A stretch of 64,000 nt of DNA from Leptospiraceae bacterium (GTDB lineage Bacteria; Spirochaetota; Leptospiria; Leptospirales; Leptonemataceae): assembly GCA_040217195.1 (NCBI GenBank), contig JAVJNR010000004.1:704001-768000 (forward strand). The letters run 5' to 3'. The notes under the pieces were generated by a model. It saw only the letters and a program-made list of their open reading frames with translations. It searched no databases and was not told where the DNA came from. Both the position numbers and the translations under genes were made by a program. Below are positions 1-10,336 of the stretch, piece by piece. The first letter of the stretch is position 1. Each line of letters opens with the position of its first letter.

Positions 1-1064
1 ATATCGCACCAGACTCTCTTTGTGTCTGTAGTCCAGATTTTCCAGTCCGAAGGCACCAGATTTTTTATGCCCCCTTGGATCAAAGAATTGCTCTGGCGCT
101 TTTTCGGCAGATACGGATTACCCCCCCCATGGGTGCCAACAAACATATCGATTCTATCTTCTCGAATATAATACGGAGAACCTGTATCTGTAATACAGAA
201 ATATCCGTCATGGACTCCGCCTCCGGGCATCTTAATTTTCTTTTCTGCGACTTCAGGAATGAATACCATCAGACCAATCAATGTTCGCTTCGCACAACCA
301 GGAATTCGGCTACGCAAAGATCTGCATAGCCCGGAGAAATTCACAGCTATAGTACGGTATGGAAAAACCTGATAGTTGTAGCCGGCTCCATGTCCCCACC
401 GCAGATCATAGGTATTGTACTGACCGGGCTTGCCAGCATAATGATATTTCTTCCCATCCAGGGCAACGCCGCTTCCTTCCCAGCGCACCTGCTCCAGGAA
501 ATCCTTTGAGGCATATCCGATGGTTTTTCCGGAAGGACTGCGAACAGAAACCCTGGGACCCGGATGAAACTCTTCCATTGCAAGATGATAGAAAGTGGGC
601 CATACCTTTCGCACTTCTATATGCTTGAAGTCCTTTCTGAGTCTATTCGCATCCACTTTGCCATCTAGATTTACCAGCAGATCCAGAGTCAAAGGAGTGT
701 GATTGAGCTGCTGCAGTTTGGATTCCAGAACCTGGCTGTATTTCATGGGAATCAAAGAATCTGTGGGCACATAGCAGGTAGGACCAGGATCTGAGATTAC
801 AGCGTTTCTTACTACTGGGCTATAGGATTTACCTTCGTGGCTAACCTCAGTCCCCACTTTGCGAAGAGATTCTGCATGTGGATATCGGCGAATTTCTGTG
901 GATTTGGGGCTGGCTTCTTCTGTGCAGGCGCATCCATTTCTATCATTCAAACAGCGGCCTTTAAAGATCTCTGGAAAAGCCGACGCCTCCTCATCTGCTT
1001 GCACTCTGGGCGTAGGAGCACAATAAATTAGAATCAGTACCGTTAGCCAGATGGAATGACGCAT
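1..1064 (-). CDS. Secreted 3D-domain (MltA-like) cell-wall protein, partial (runs off the left edge)
   Basis: Not in the ORF track; translated by hand from ATG at 1064 and open to position 1. Signal peptide MRHSIWLTVLILIYCAPTPRVQA. C-terminal part YRTIAVN...GLMVFIPE...DGYFCITDTGS...DRIDMFVG matches the 3D-domain pattern. Confidence 0.75.
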   Translation of the reverse strand, partial: MRHSIWLTVLILIYCAPTPRVQADEEASAFPEIFKGRCLNDRNGCACTEEASPKSTEIRRYPHAESLRKVGTEVSHEGKSYSPVVRNAVISDPGPTCYVPTDSLIPMKYSQVLESKLQQLNHTPLTLDLLVNLDGKVDANRLRKDFKHIEVRKVWPTFYHLAMEEFHPGPRVSVRSPSGKTIGYASKDFLEQVRWEGSGVALDGKKYHYAGKPGQYNTYDLRWGHGAGYNYQVFPYRTIAVNFSGLCRSLRSRIPGCAKRTLIGLMVFIPEVAEKKIKMPGGGVHDGYFCITDTGSPYYIREDRIDMFVGTHGGGNPYLPKKRQSNSLIQGGIKNLVPSDWKIWTTDTKRVWCD

Positions 1065-1269
1065 AGTTCCGATTACAACGGAAGGCCCCAGATCGCAAGT
1101 ATAAAGAAAGCCGGCGGAGTTAACCGCCAGCTTCCGAAAAAAGCCATCCACCTGTGAAGACTTCAGGTCGATAGAAATATCTGGCAATGCGATCCGAAAG
1201 GAGGCCCGCCAGTGTTCGGCATCCTCCTGGGACTTTTTATATAAGCAGGCCTGTATGCGGGCAGTATGC

Positions 1270-2271
1270 TTATCTAAATTCGAAATACTTCTCGATTCCG
1301 AAATAAATACCTTCAACGCGCTCTTTCCTTCTACCATTATAGGCTGAGGTAGCATCTAGAAGGCTTTCCGCAATATTCACCTGAAAGCTCTGGGCAGAAG
1401 GAGTGGTAACAAAGGTACCGTTTAGTCCACGATATCCTGAGTATGAAACCAGATCCACTTCAGAACGGTAGGTTAAGCGAATCATGAAGTCTTCCGTAAC
1501 ATTGTAGACCATTCCCGCTTCATACATATTGCGAATCACATTCACATCGGCCTTCATATTTTCAGCAGTTGTAGTAAGTGTTGTTCCGGATGGAGCATAG
1601 GTAGTTCGCACGTAATCCAGACTCTCGGATCCCTTCTGAGAAAAGTCCACGGCACCTACGATTGAAAATCCGCTGCGAGCCAGTGGCACTTTTACTTCCA
1701 GACCTACAGTGGGCATGAACATCTTTATGTCCCGGTCTCCAATGTAATTGGTAACTGCAGAAATGCCGGAATTATTGAAGGTAAAGATCTCTTCGCTGGC
1801 AAACTGATGATTGTACAGTACTCCGCCTCGTAGGATCAAATCGATAGGGGCCTTCTGCCTGGTATCCAGAAAGAAAATTGCCAGTCGAAAGGATGCTCTT
1901 TCTCGGAAACCTTCCAGATTGGCCTGACTCAAAGAGTTTAGTGAAAAGCCTTCGCCTCTCCAGTTACTTCGTTGTGTTCCGTAGTATTCCGCTTCGAATC
2001 GGATGCCGGCAGGCCAGCCCGCAGGACCGTAATAGAGCATTACTGGATAGGTAAAACTAGCGTCCGAGCGAAAATCTCCGAATGCAGTCCCCGGAGTGTA
2101 GGTATTACTACCGGAACCTACCAGCGCATCATCGGCAATGATTCTTTGCTGCAGATCTAGATTAAAGGAACTCTCTTGAAGATCCCAGTAACCGAACCTC
2201 AAACCAAACTCGCCAGCAAATACAGGGCTGGCAGTAAACAATGCCAGTACGGCAAATAATCTTAGTTTCAT
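1270..2271 (-). CDS. Putative outer-membrane beta-barrel protein
   Basis: ATG at 2271 follows a GGAGA RBS. Signal peptide MKLRLFAVLALFTASPVFA, alternating hydrophobic strands, aromatic-rich C-terminus GIYFGIEKYFEFR. Confidence 0.65.
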   Translation of the reverse strand: MKLRLFAVLALFTASPVFAGEFGLRFGYWDLQESSFNLDLQQRIIADDALVGSGSNTYTPGTAFGDFRSDASFTYPVMLYYGPAGWPAGIRFEAEYYGTQRSNWRGEGFSLNSLSQANLEGFRERASFRLAIFFLDTRQKAPIDLILRGGVLYNHQFASEEIFTFNNSGISAVTNYIGDRDIKMFMPTVGLEVKVPLARSGFSIVGAVDFSQKGSESLDYVRTTYAPSGTTLTTTAENMKADVNVIRNMYEAGMVYNVTEDFMIRLTYRSEVDLVSYSGYRGLNGTFVTTPSAQSFQVNIAESLLDATSAYNGRRKERVEGIYFGIEKYFEFR

Positions 2272-2391
2272 CTTTTCTCCTTCTGTCGCCTCTGACTTCC
2301 TGGGAAACCAGAGGGCGGGCCTGGTGCGAATCAAACCGGCACCCTACTTTTTAGACTGTAATAGAAGATCTACGGTTCAGGTTTCAATCCT

Positions 2392-3657
2392 TTATCTGGA
2401 ATGAATTCGGTCTGTTCCTACGTACGGCCGCAATGCTTCTGGAATCAGAAAGGAGCCATCCGATTGCTGAAAATTCTCCATAATAGCAATCATAGTCCGT
2501 CCGGCCGCCAGGCCGCTACCGTTGAGAGAATGGACATATCGATTCCCCTTTTCAGCCTTGTACCGTATCATACCCCTTCGGGCCTGAAATTCGCCCGTAT
2601 TGCTGATGGATGAAATCTCCAGCCAGCGATTGAGCCCGGGCATCCAGACTTCCAGGTCATATGTTTTCATTGCAGAGGCTCCCATGTCTCCGCTGGACAA
2701 TAGAATAACTCGATAGGGTAAGTCCAGAGCCTTCAAAATACCTTCCGCATGCCCCACCATCTCTTCATGGATTCGAGCTGAGTCTTCGGCAGCGCAAAGT
2801 TGCACAAGCTCCACTTTCTGAAACTGATGCACCCGCACCAGTCCTCTGGTATCCTTACCGGCCGCTCCCGCTTCCCGTCGAAAACAGCTAGTGGCAGCCG
2901 TTACAGCCACCGGCAATTCGGCTAGAATTGTGTCCCGATACAGATTTACGAGAGGAACTTCAGCTGTAGGTATGAGCGAAAGCTCATCCGCATCCATGCG
3001 ATAGTATTCGCCTTTAAATTTGGGATACTGACCGGTTGTTACCATGCAATCGTCTACAACTGTGGAGGGAACCCAGGTCTCTTCGTAACCGTTTTCTCTC
3101 TGACGATCCAGCATGAAATTCAGAATGGACCGTTCCAGGGTGGCGCCCATACCCCGGTATGTATAAAATCTAGATCCTGCAAGCTTCACTCCGCTCTCAA
3201 AGTCCAGAATCCCCAGCGATTCGCCGATTTCATAATGAGGTCTTGGTTCAAAGCTAAAGGAGGGAACTTCCCCATGTTTTCGAATTTCTCTGTTTTCCGT
3301 TTCTGGCCCAATGGGCACATCTGGATCCAGCCAGTTCGGTAAGTTCAAAATCTGATCATTAAGAGTGGCCTCTAACTGATTCAGCTCCTCCTCCAGGGTT
3401 GATAACTGAATTCCAAGTTTTCGCACTTCTTCCTTTCGTTCATCGGCCTGCTCTTTTTGTCCGGAGCCTATCAGCTTGCCAATATCCTTGCTGGAACGAT
3501 TTCGCTCATTTCTCAGCTCATCTACCTGGATTTTCTTATCTCGAGAGGTCTGAATCAAATCCTTGATTTCATCCACGGAAACCCGCTCAAACATTCGATC
3601 TTTGAGCATCTTCTCCAGCTCATCCGGATTTTCCTGTATTCTTTTTAACTCCAGCAT
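2392..3657 (-). CDS. serS: Serine--tRNA ligase
   Basis: N-terminal coiled-coil arm, LIPTAEVPL, motif 2 FRREAGAAGKDTRGLVRVHQFQKVE, motif 3 SLNGSGLA. Confidence 0.98.
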   Translation of the reverse strand: MLELKRIQENPDELEKMLKDRMFERVSVDEIKDLIQTSRDKKIQVDELRNERNRSSKDIGKLIGSGQKEQADERKEEVRKLGIQLSTLEEELNQLEATLNDQILNLPNWLDPDVPIGPETENREIRKHGEVPSFSFEPRPHYEIGESLGILDFESGVKLAGSRFYTYRGMGATLERSILNFMLDRQRENGYEETWVPSTVVDDCMVTTGQYPKFKGEYYRMDADELSLIPTAEVPLVNLYRDTILAELPVAVTAATSCFRREAGAAGKDTRGLVRVHQFQKVELVQLCAAEDSARIHEEMVGHAEGILKALDLPYRVILLSSGDMGASAMKTYDLEVWMPGLNRWLEISSISNTGEFQARRGMIRYKAEKGNRYVHSLNGSGLAAGRTMIAIMENFQQSDGSFLIPEALRPYVGTDRIHSR

Positions 3658-3713
3658 GGCAAACTATTGACCTCCTGAGGATACCATTCAGTTTCCGCAT
3701 CCAGACAAGTGCA

Positions 3714-5405
3714 GTGCCGGGTGCGAATCTGATGGATCTACTCAAGCGCCGGCAAGCCTGGAGTCAATCAGGATTGGTTATGCAGAACCTGCAGCAGAAT
3801 CGACTGTTTCCCGAAAAAGGGCCGGAACGATTAAGGGATTCGATCCTGGCTTTCCTTCTATCTGTTTGTGGCAGCCTGTTTATTGGTGATCAGGAAATTT
3901 TTCAGTCAGATGTTCTCTACATTTCCGCAGTTGTTCAAGATCTGTTCAGCGGTTTGAGCTTATTGACCTGGAACTTTACTCCGGCTCCCTATTTCTTTCC
4001 GGATCTAACCTTTTACTCTCTGTTTTATTCTGTACTGGATCATAGTCTGTCACTGCGACTCTATGGAATTGTTCAATCCGGATTCGTTGCTTTTTTTCTG
4101 ATGCGATTATTTTCGCCCCCGGGAAAGCGATATGGTATATTCAGGCTTCTTTTTTCTCTGCAATTTCTGGCTTTGATCTATTATCAGGATTTCTATGCAT
4201 TTCTATATCTTCCTGGAATGCATTGCTCCTCTTTTCTATTTACATTAATTCTTTTCCATCGCATTCGTCACGAGGAACTTCTTCCCTGGAAGGGACTCTA
4301 TATCATTTTGATGGCGCTGGTTCTGGTATCCGATCGGCTATTTGCAGTGCAGGCAATCTTTCCGACGTTAATTTCACTTCTGTACGCGAATCGCCTGCGA
4401 AAAAAGAATCCAGATTATGGTAGGCGAGTTCCTCGCATGCGGGTTCATTACTGGATCAAGGTCGTAGGACTTGCACTTCTGCTTGGAATAGTACTATCGC
4501 TGCTGGTCACTTTTACTCTGAACACAGGTAAGACGGTTTCTATTTCAGTCGGTAAATCCTTTCTGGCCTTTGCAGGCGATATTAAGAAAGGCTTTGGATT
4601 TCCATTACTTTTCTATTTCCAGTGCATGATGCTCATCGTTTTCTCTTCGTTTTTACTTCATAGGGTACTTCTGGCCACGGAAACGGAAATCCGCCGCTGG
4701 GATCGACCATCCCTGGTTTTCTATGGACGGATCAGTTCATCCAACCTGCTTTTCTTTATCTGGCTACCTGTAATGGCTGCTCTGATAACAGGTGCCTATG
4801 TGGATGCCTACTCCATCCGCTACTTTGCAGGCTCCTTTATCGTTAGCAATGCAGGCATTCTTTCCATTGCATGTAGTCTCGGAAATAGGCCCAGCGCTCA
4901 TCTTTCGCGCTTCATTGGACCGATTTCCATGGCTTTTCGTAGATCGGGACCCATTGTCCTGGCTGCACTGATTCTTGTATTTTTAATAAGCGACCGATTC
5001 TTTTCGAAGGAATCTAATCTCCAGGCAGAGATTCCGTCCACAACATGGCCTTACCACTACCCGGACTATGTTCAATGTCTGGACGCACTGGAACCGTCGC
5101 CAGCGGTGATCATGGCAGATTACTGGCATTCTAAATCCATATACTTATTCAGTCGAAACAAAGTGATAAGCTATCATGCAGATTATAGAACGGGCCAGCC
5201 ATCCAATGTAATCTCCAATGCTTCCTGGTGGGAGAATCGATGGCCTCCGCAGGCAGTGTATATGGCCAACCTGTCACAGGAACTGATCAAGGGCGCACTG
5301 GGCCCACCGGATCGAATTGTAAAATGTCAGAGTGTTTTAGAAACCAGTCCAGGTGCCACAACCGGGCCTTTTCAGCTGGCACCTGTTTGGATTTATTCTC
5401 ATTAG
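3714..5405 (+). CDS. Polytopic membrane protein, possibly GT-C glycosyltransferase-like; start uncertain
   Basis: About 10-12 hydrophobic segments, acidic first loop (SD...QD...PAPYFFPD) and a soluble C-terminal domain containing ADYW. The function is inference. Confidence 0.55.
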   Translation: MPGANLMDLLKRRQAWSQSGLVMQNLQQNRLFPEKGPERLRDSILAFLLSVCGSLFIGDQEIFQSDVLYISAVVQDLFSGLSLLTWNFTPAPYFFPDLTFYSLFYSVLDHSLSLRLYGIVQSGFVAFFLMRLFSPPGKRYGIFRLLFSLQFLALIYYQDFYAFLYLPGMHCSSFLFTLILFHRIRHEELLPWKGLYIILMALVLVSDRLFAVQAIFPTLISLLYANRLRKKNPDYGRRVPRMRVHYWIKVVGLALLLGIVLSLLVTFTLNTGKTVSISVGKSFLAFAGDIKKGFGFPLLFYFQCMMLIVFSSFLLHRVLLATETEIRRWDRPSLVFYGRISSSNLLFFIWLPVMAALITGAYVDAYSIRYFAGSFIVSNAGILSIACSLGNRPSAHLSRFIGPISMAFRRSGPIVLAALILVFLISDRFFSKESNLQAEIPSTTWPYHYPDYVQCLDALEPSPAVIMADYWHSKSIYLFSRNKVISYHADYRTGQPSNVISNASWWENRWPPQAVYMANLSQELIKGALGPPDRIVKCQSVLETSPGATTGPFQLAPVWIYSH

Positions 5406-5739
5406 CGCCAGCGGCCGCGACGGAACTGCCTTCAACGATTGATATGCGAAACTAGAGTGCTCGGATTAAATGCGCAACAGTTGAGTTTCAATGAATGGTA
5501 TTCCACCACAGAATGTCGAATTAAAACCGAGTAAAGGCAGATCCAACGATTTCTGTAGAAGACTACCAAATAAGGCCATCCCGGCAGAACCATAGAACTC
5601 CTGCCTGGCGAATCAACGCCTGGAGTCAGAACAGAAATTACGGATGATGCAAAGCATTGCCCCGGGACAAACTCGAGCATCTCGGCTTCCAAAAGGGCCG
5701 CACAGCACCAACGTTCAAAACGGATTCAAATCTGGATGC

Positions 5740-6585
5740 TTATCCTTTGAAGCTCAGAAATTCCTGGATATTTCTTTCAATCTGGCTTTGAATCTTTTCC
5801 GGGTCTTCGCCCAGTTTTTCGGAGCGCAACTTTTTAAGAAATTCCAGGGTATGAATCACGTACGCCGGCTCATTTGTCTTACCTCGATGAGGAACCGGAG
5901 CCAAGAAAGGAGCATCGGTTTCCACCATCAGGCATTCCAGAGGCAGCTTCACCGCCGCTTCATGCAAGGTATGCGAATTCTTGAAAGTCAGGATCCCGCT
6001 GAAGCTTACTTTCCATCCCATTTCTACAAAGGGCATGGCCTCTTCGTAGCTGTAGGTAAAGCAATGCAGAACGCCTTTGATTCCACCCACTTCTTTCACT
6101 GCCTGTAAAGTGTCTGTTACGGACTGAGTTTTACCTGGCTCATACTGGCGAGTATCTCTGGTATGAATGACCACAGGCAAGTCCAGCTCCCTGGCCAGTT
6201 TAAGATGTTGATTAAGGGACTCTTTCTGTTCCTTTACAAATTCAGTGGTATGAAAATAGTCCAGTCCCGTTTCGCCAATGCCCAGAAATTCCGGCTCATC
6301 TCGATGCTTGCGAACTATATCGAAAATTCCATTTAAAGATTCCAATTCATTCGCTGCTTCTGGATGAAGCCCGGCCGTCCATCGTAGAGAAAAGGCATCG
6401 GCCATCTTGAGCCGCTCGGAGTACTTCTCTTTTAGGGAGCCATTAAACGAAGCGGAGCGCAGATCGGTAGAGATTTGAACCAGGCCGGCCAGGTTTGCCT
6501 CTATTGCATTTTGCAGGCTTTGATCCACAGGGATCCCTTGAGAAGCTACTATATCCAGGTGACAGTGAGTGTCATAAACAGCCAT
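5740..6585 (-). CDS. tatD: TatD-family hydrolase/DNase
   Basis: DTHCHLD, GLHP, IGETGLDY, VIHTRD, VLHCF and ETDAPFL motifs. Confidence 0.95.
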   Translation of the reverse strand: MAVYDTHCHLDIVASQGIPVDQSLQNAIEANLAGLVQISTDLRSASFNGSLKEKYSERLKMADAFSLRWTAGLHPEAANELESLNGIFDIVRKHRDEPEFLGIGETGLDYFHTTEFVKEQKESLNQHLKLARELDLPVVIHTRDTRQYEPGKTQSVTDTLQAVKEVGGIKGVLHCFTYSYEEAMPFVEMGWKVSFSGILTFKNSHTLHEAAVKLPLECLMVETDAPFLAPVPHRGKTNEPAYVIHTLEFLKKLRSEKLGEDPEKIQSQIERNIQEFLSFKG

Positions 6586-6735
6586 AGCTCCAGGTCAAAT
6601 CTAGCCCGGGGCATGTCAAGTCCCGATTACTTGACAGTTTCCACCGAAACAAGACTTATACTTCCGATTCAAAGTAAATGTATGCCTGCTTCGAATCCTG
6701 CTGGATTCTGGCGCACTGCATCCAGAGGTTTGTCT

Positions 6736-8496
6736 GTGAACGCAACTCTACCAGCTTTAGCCGTAATACTTGCCTATGTGGCCGGATACTTCTTTTACAG
6801 CCGTTACCTTGCAGTAAAGGTATTCAAACTTAGAGAACATGCAATCACTCCAGCTCACAGTGAAAACGATGGAATCGACTTTGTTCCCACCAATCGGTAT
6901 GTATTGTTTGGACACCATTATGCATCGATTGCAGGCCTGGCGCCCATGCTGGGACCCGCTGTTGCTGTAATCTGGGGATGGCTTCCTGCTCTACTCTGGG
7001 TCACTCTGGGTGCCATCTTCATTGGCTGTGTTCATGATTTTGGCTCCCTGGTCGTAAGCGTGCGAGCGAAAGGACAGTCCATTGGGGCTGTGGCTAAAGG
7101 AATCATTCATCCCAGGGCCCGATTGCTCTTCCATATTATCATCTTATTTCTTGTGGCTCTGGCCATGGGGGTATTCGTTTACGTAATTGCATTTTTGTTT
7201 TCTCCTGCCCCGGATGAGGCCAACGCAGCCATTCACTTTCCTCAGGCTGTAAGCCCTTCCTTTGGTCTGATCGTAATTGCTGCCATTATTGGTTACTTGA
7301 TCTATAAAAAGAATGCTCCGTTGAAATGGCTCACTCCAATTGGCCTGGCACTGACCATTTTACTTATCTATGTTTCCAGCTTTTCTCATTACGGTGACTG
7401 GCTGGATCTAGGTTTCGTGGGAAAGGAAGGGATGGCCAATTCCATAAAAATATGGAGCGCAGTACTTCTCATCTATGCCTTGCTTGCCTCCGTGCTTCCG
7501 GTATGGTCTTTGCTTCAGCCACGGGACTTCCTGAACAGCCTACTTCTTTATGCAGGAATGATTGGATTGTTCATTGGATTCTTCATAATTCAGCCTGAAT
7601 TTGTGGCGCCGGCCGTGCGATTGGATGTGGAAGGTTCCCCCGGCCTTTTTCCCTTTGTATTTATCATTATCGCATGCGGCGCAGCCAGTGGATTTCATAG
7701 CCTTGTGGCCAGCGGAACCACAGCAAGGCAACTAAACAAGGAATCGGATGCTCGATTCATAGGCTACGGAGGAATGATCGGAGAATCGCTACTGGGCTTT
7801 GTGGCAGTTCTGGCTACAACAGCTGGCATGACCGACCATGTTTCCTGGGAAAGTCGGTATGCGAACTGGAATGCGATTCAGGGACTGGGCGCCCAGGTAG
7901 GAGTGTTTATTCAGGGATGCAGCCGCTTTCTCGAAGGAGTGGGAATTCCGCAGTCTGTGGGTGCTTCCTTCATAAGCGTTATTGTAGTAAGCTACGCACT
8001 CACATCCCTGGATAGTGCCACAAGATTGCTGCGATACAATATAGAAGAGATTGCCAGCTTTTTAAACATATCCTGGCTTCAGAATCGCTATCCGGCCAGC
8101 CTGCTGGGTATTGCATTTATTGCATTTTTCGCATACTATGAAATCGACGGTCGTCCAGCGGGATTGGCTTTGTGGGCCCTATTTGGAACTACGAACCAGA
8201 TTCTTGCAGGACTGGCTTTGCTTGTAGTAACTCTATATTTGCTCAAGCGCGGATGGCAATGGTACATCACCGGAATACCCATGGTTCTACTTCTGGGAGT
8301 TACTATCCATGCGATGATTGAAGGTATCCACGGATTTATCTTCAGGGAAGGAGGAGTGGAATGGCCATTGACGATTATAGGAAGCTTCCTGCTTATTCTG
8401 GCCGTCTGGCTTATAGTGGAGGCCGTACTGGCCGTACTGCGTTTCAAAAAGAGAGGCGTTCTAATTGAAGATTACGAAGTGGAAGAAACCCATTAA
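6736..8496 (+). CDS. cstA: Carbon starvation protein A (peptide/pyruvate transporter)
   Basis: TPAH..NDGIDFVPT..VLFGHHYASIAG, IACGAASGFHSL, TSLDSATRL, LWALFGTTNQ. GTG start at 6736 follows AGAGG. Confidence 0.95.
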   Translation: MNATLPALAVILAYVAGYFFYSRYLAVKVFKLREHAITPAHSENDGIDFVPTNRYVLFGHHYASIAGLAPMLGPAVAVIWGWLPALLWVTLGAIFIGCVHDFGSLVVSVRAKGQSIGAVAKGIIHPRARLLFHIIILFLVALAMGVFVYVIAFLFSPAPDEANAAIHFPQAVSPSFGLIVIAAIIGYLIYKKNAPLKWLTPIGLALTILLIYVSSFSHYGDWLDLGFVGKEGMANSIKIWSAVLLIYALLASVLPVWSLLQPRDFLNSLLLYAGMIGLFIGFFIIQPEFVAPAVRLDVEGSPGLFPFVFIIIACGAASGFHSLVASGTTARQLNKESDARFIGYGGMIGESLLGFVAVLATTAGMTDHVSWESRYANWNAIQGLGAQVGVFIQGCSRFLEGVGIPQSVGASFISVIVVSYALTSLDSATRLLRYNIEEIASFLNISWLQNRYPASLLGIAFIAFFAYYEIDGRPAGLALWALFGTTNQILAGLALLVVTLYLLKRGWQWYITGIPMVLLLGVTIHAMIEGIHGFIFREGGVEWPLTIIGSFLLILAVWLIVEAVLAVLRFKKRGVLIEDYEVEETH

Positions 8497-8625
8497 TGCA
8501 TAGTTATTCATCTCATGCCTGAAATTGAAATTTCCCTGGCATTCATTTTGCCCGGGTCCGCCAGCGGAGTAAACTACCGGCTGGAATTGGCAGACGGAAG
8601 GAGCCGGCCCATCCGAGCATCTAGA

Positions 8626-9024
8626 CTATTTTCCGGCCGCATCCACCAGCCTGGCTCGAAGTTCCGAACCGATGGGACCAGTGGATTGTTTCGTATGATC
8701 CCAGTAGGCCTGCACAGTCCTGGCCGAACAATGCACAAACTGATCTTTCAAGTTTCGAACTTCGTAGAGAAAATCCCAGGAAGCACCACCAATGCGTCCT
8801 ACTCCGATTCCCACCTCAATCCCATCCAGAATGGTCACCGGCTTTTTATAGTCCAGCTCAGCATGAACCAATAGAAAGGGGAAATCCAGAGCGCTCTTTA
8901 GAGGAAATAAACTATCATAATAGCGAACTCGGGCTTGCTCACAATAGGTAAGAAAGATTGCATTATTCACATGTCCAAAGGCATCCAGGTCCTGAAACCG
9001 CACATCCACGGGATAATAGATCAT
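8626..9024 (-). CDS. Acyl-CoA thioesterase (4HBT hot-dog fold)
   Basis: VRFQDLDAFGHVNNAIFLTYCEQAR signature. Confidence 0.9.
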   Translation of the reverse strand: MIYYPVDVRFQDLDAFGHVNNAIFLTYCEQARVRYYDSLFPLKSALDFPFLLVHAELDYKKPVTILDGIEVGIGVGRIGGASWDFLYEVRNLKDQFVHCSARTVQAYWDHTKQSTGPIGSELRARLVDAAGK

Positions 9025-9160
9025 AGCGCAAATTTTCCTGCCCCTGCCACCCCGGCAAGTGCTACAGAAATCGTATCCGACCTAGCCCGGCCAAATGCAA
9101 TGTTCGGGCCGGAAGACATTGAGCCATCCGCCGTCCGGGCTTGAAATCATCTGTAAATCA

Positions 9161-9216
9161 GGCTCCGAGATTCCCGGTCCGGGGTTCCTGGCTGTGGATT
9201 CCTGGCCCGGGATTCG
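9161..9216. repeat. Degenerate 14-bp tandem repeat, 4 copies
   Basis: ggctccgagattcc / cggtccggggttcc / tggctgtggattcc / tggcccgggattcg. Confidence 0.5.
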
Positions 9217-9251
9217 CTTGCCATTTTTCCCAGCTCGCTCATTTGTGCCAA

Positions 9252-9270
9252 AACGAGACTGAGTCTCATT
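9252..9270. promoter_or_regulatory. Fur-like palindromic operator 1 (upstream of exbB)
   Basis: AACGAGACT-G-AGTCTCATT, a near-perfect 9-1-9 inverted repeat ending 26 nt before the exbB ATG. Confidence 0.75.
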
Positions 9271-9296
9271 CTTTACGAGGCCAACCGGAGGAAGCA

Positions 9297-9944
9297 ATGA
9301 ATCCAATGCAACTATTCGAAATGGGCGGGGCTTTCATGTGGCCCATTCTAGTACTTCTGGTGCTTACAATCAGCCTGGCCCTGGAAAGAATCATCTACTA
9401 TGCCTGGACCTACAGTGCTCCCGGTGAGCCAGACGAATTTCTGCAGAAGGGTCAGATCCAGCAAGCCGAACCAGGTAGTCTGCTGGACCGACTTCTTCCA
9501 GATTTCCGTGGTCGATTCCAGAGGTTCGCTCCGGTGCGCATGGTTCATAACGTAATGGTTCGCCATGGAGGATCCGGTCAGTCCTTCGATGCAGCTTTGC
9601 AGAGGGCTGGAAATGAGATCAGTGAGGAAATGAGCCGCAGATTGTCCCTGTTTCCTCTGGTAAGCTCGGTGGCTCCCATGATTGGACTTCTGGGTACTGT
9701 GGCCGGAATGATGGAATCCTTTCAAGCCATCGCTGCCAGCGGCGGGCAGGCAAATATGGGAGAACTGGCAGATGGAATCTGGGTGGCCATGACAACCACA
9801 GCCTTTGGACTCATGACTGGAATACCTGCTTATCTATTCCATGGACTCTTCTTGAGTATAGTAAATCGGCGTCTCTCTTTGATGAATCGAACGGCCCATT
9901 ACCTGGAGGAACAGGGAGGGCATCCTATTCGGGAGGTAGCATGA
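9297..9944 (+). CDS. exbB: MotA/TolQ/ExbB proton channel
   Basis: GG..MWPI...LALER, APMIGLLGTVAGM, GIWVAMTTTAFGL. ATG at 9297 follows GGAGG. Confidence 0.92.
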   Translation: MNPMQLFEMGGAFMWPILVLLVLTISLALERIIYYAWTYSAPGEPDEFLQKGQIQQAEPGSLLDRLLPDFRGRFQRFAPVRMVHNVMVRHGGSGQSFDAALQRAGNEISEEMSRRLSLFPLVSSVAPMIGLLGTVAGMMESFQAIAASGGQANMGELADGIWVAMTTTAFGLMTGIPAYLFHGLFLSIVNRRLSLMNRTAHYLEEQGGHPIREVA

Positions 9945-10336
9945 AATTCCCTCCTTTAAGCAAGAAAAGCAATGTAATGGACATTGCTCCTATGGTGGAT
10001 CTGGTTTTCCTTCTGCTTGTATTCTTTATGGTGGGTTCCAAATTTGCGAGCCCTTCGCTGGAGATGGAGCTACCTTCCGCTAGCTCCGGTAATAATAGCG
10101 AATCGGAAAATATCATAATTTCTGTGGACCGGCATGCAAAAATTTATCTGGCCGGGAATCCTGTTGATCAGTCTTCGCTTACCCGGAGGTTAACAGAACT
10201 GATCACCGAAAAGCCTGAAACCCAGGTCCTGCTTCGAGCCGATGGGAAAATCACTTACGACCTTTTTGTTCAAATAATGGATCGTACAAGGAAGGCAGGT
10301 GTTCAGAATCTGAGGCTGGAATATGAACCCAAATAG
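9941..10336 (+). CDS. exbD: Biopolymer transport protein ExbD
   Basis: DIAPMVDLVFLLLVFFMV, LRADG; ATGA overlap with exbB. Confidence 0.93.
   Translation: MKFPPLSKKSNVMDIAPMVDLVFLLLVFFMVGSKFASPSLEMELPSASSGNNSESENIIISVDRHAKIYLAGNPVDQSSLTRRLTELITEKPETQVLLRADGKITYDLFVQIMDRTRKAGVQNLRLEYEPK

Noticed and set aside
1065..1269. Several hairpins upstream of the 3D-domain gene as a riboswitch
   Set aside because: I could not match conserved c-di-GMP, c-di-AMP or other aptamer nucleotides by eye. An Rfam scan would be needed.
6475..6735. Long N-terminal ORF extensions (cstA, also exbB 9141, hmuY 15960, PP2C 36727, NtrC 49425)
   Set aside because: They overlap neighbouring genes, repeats or operators, and downstream starts fit the RBS and/or family N-termini better.
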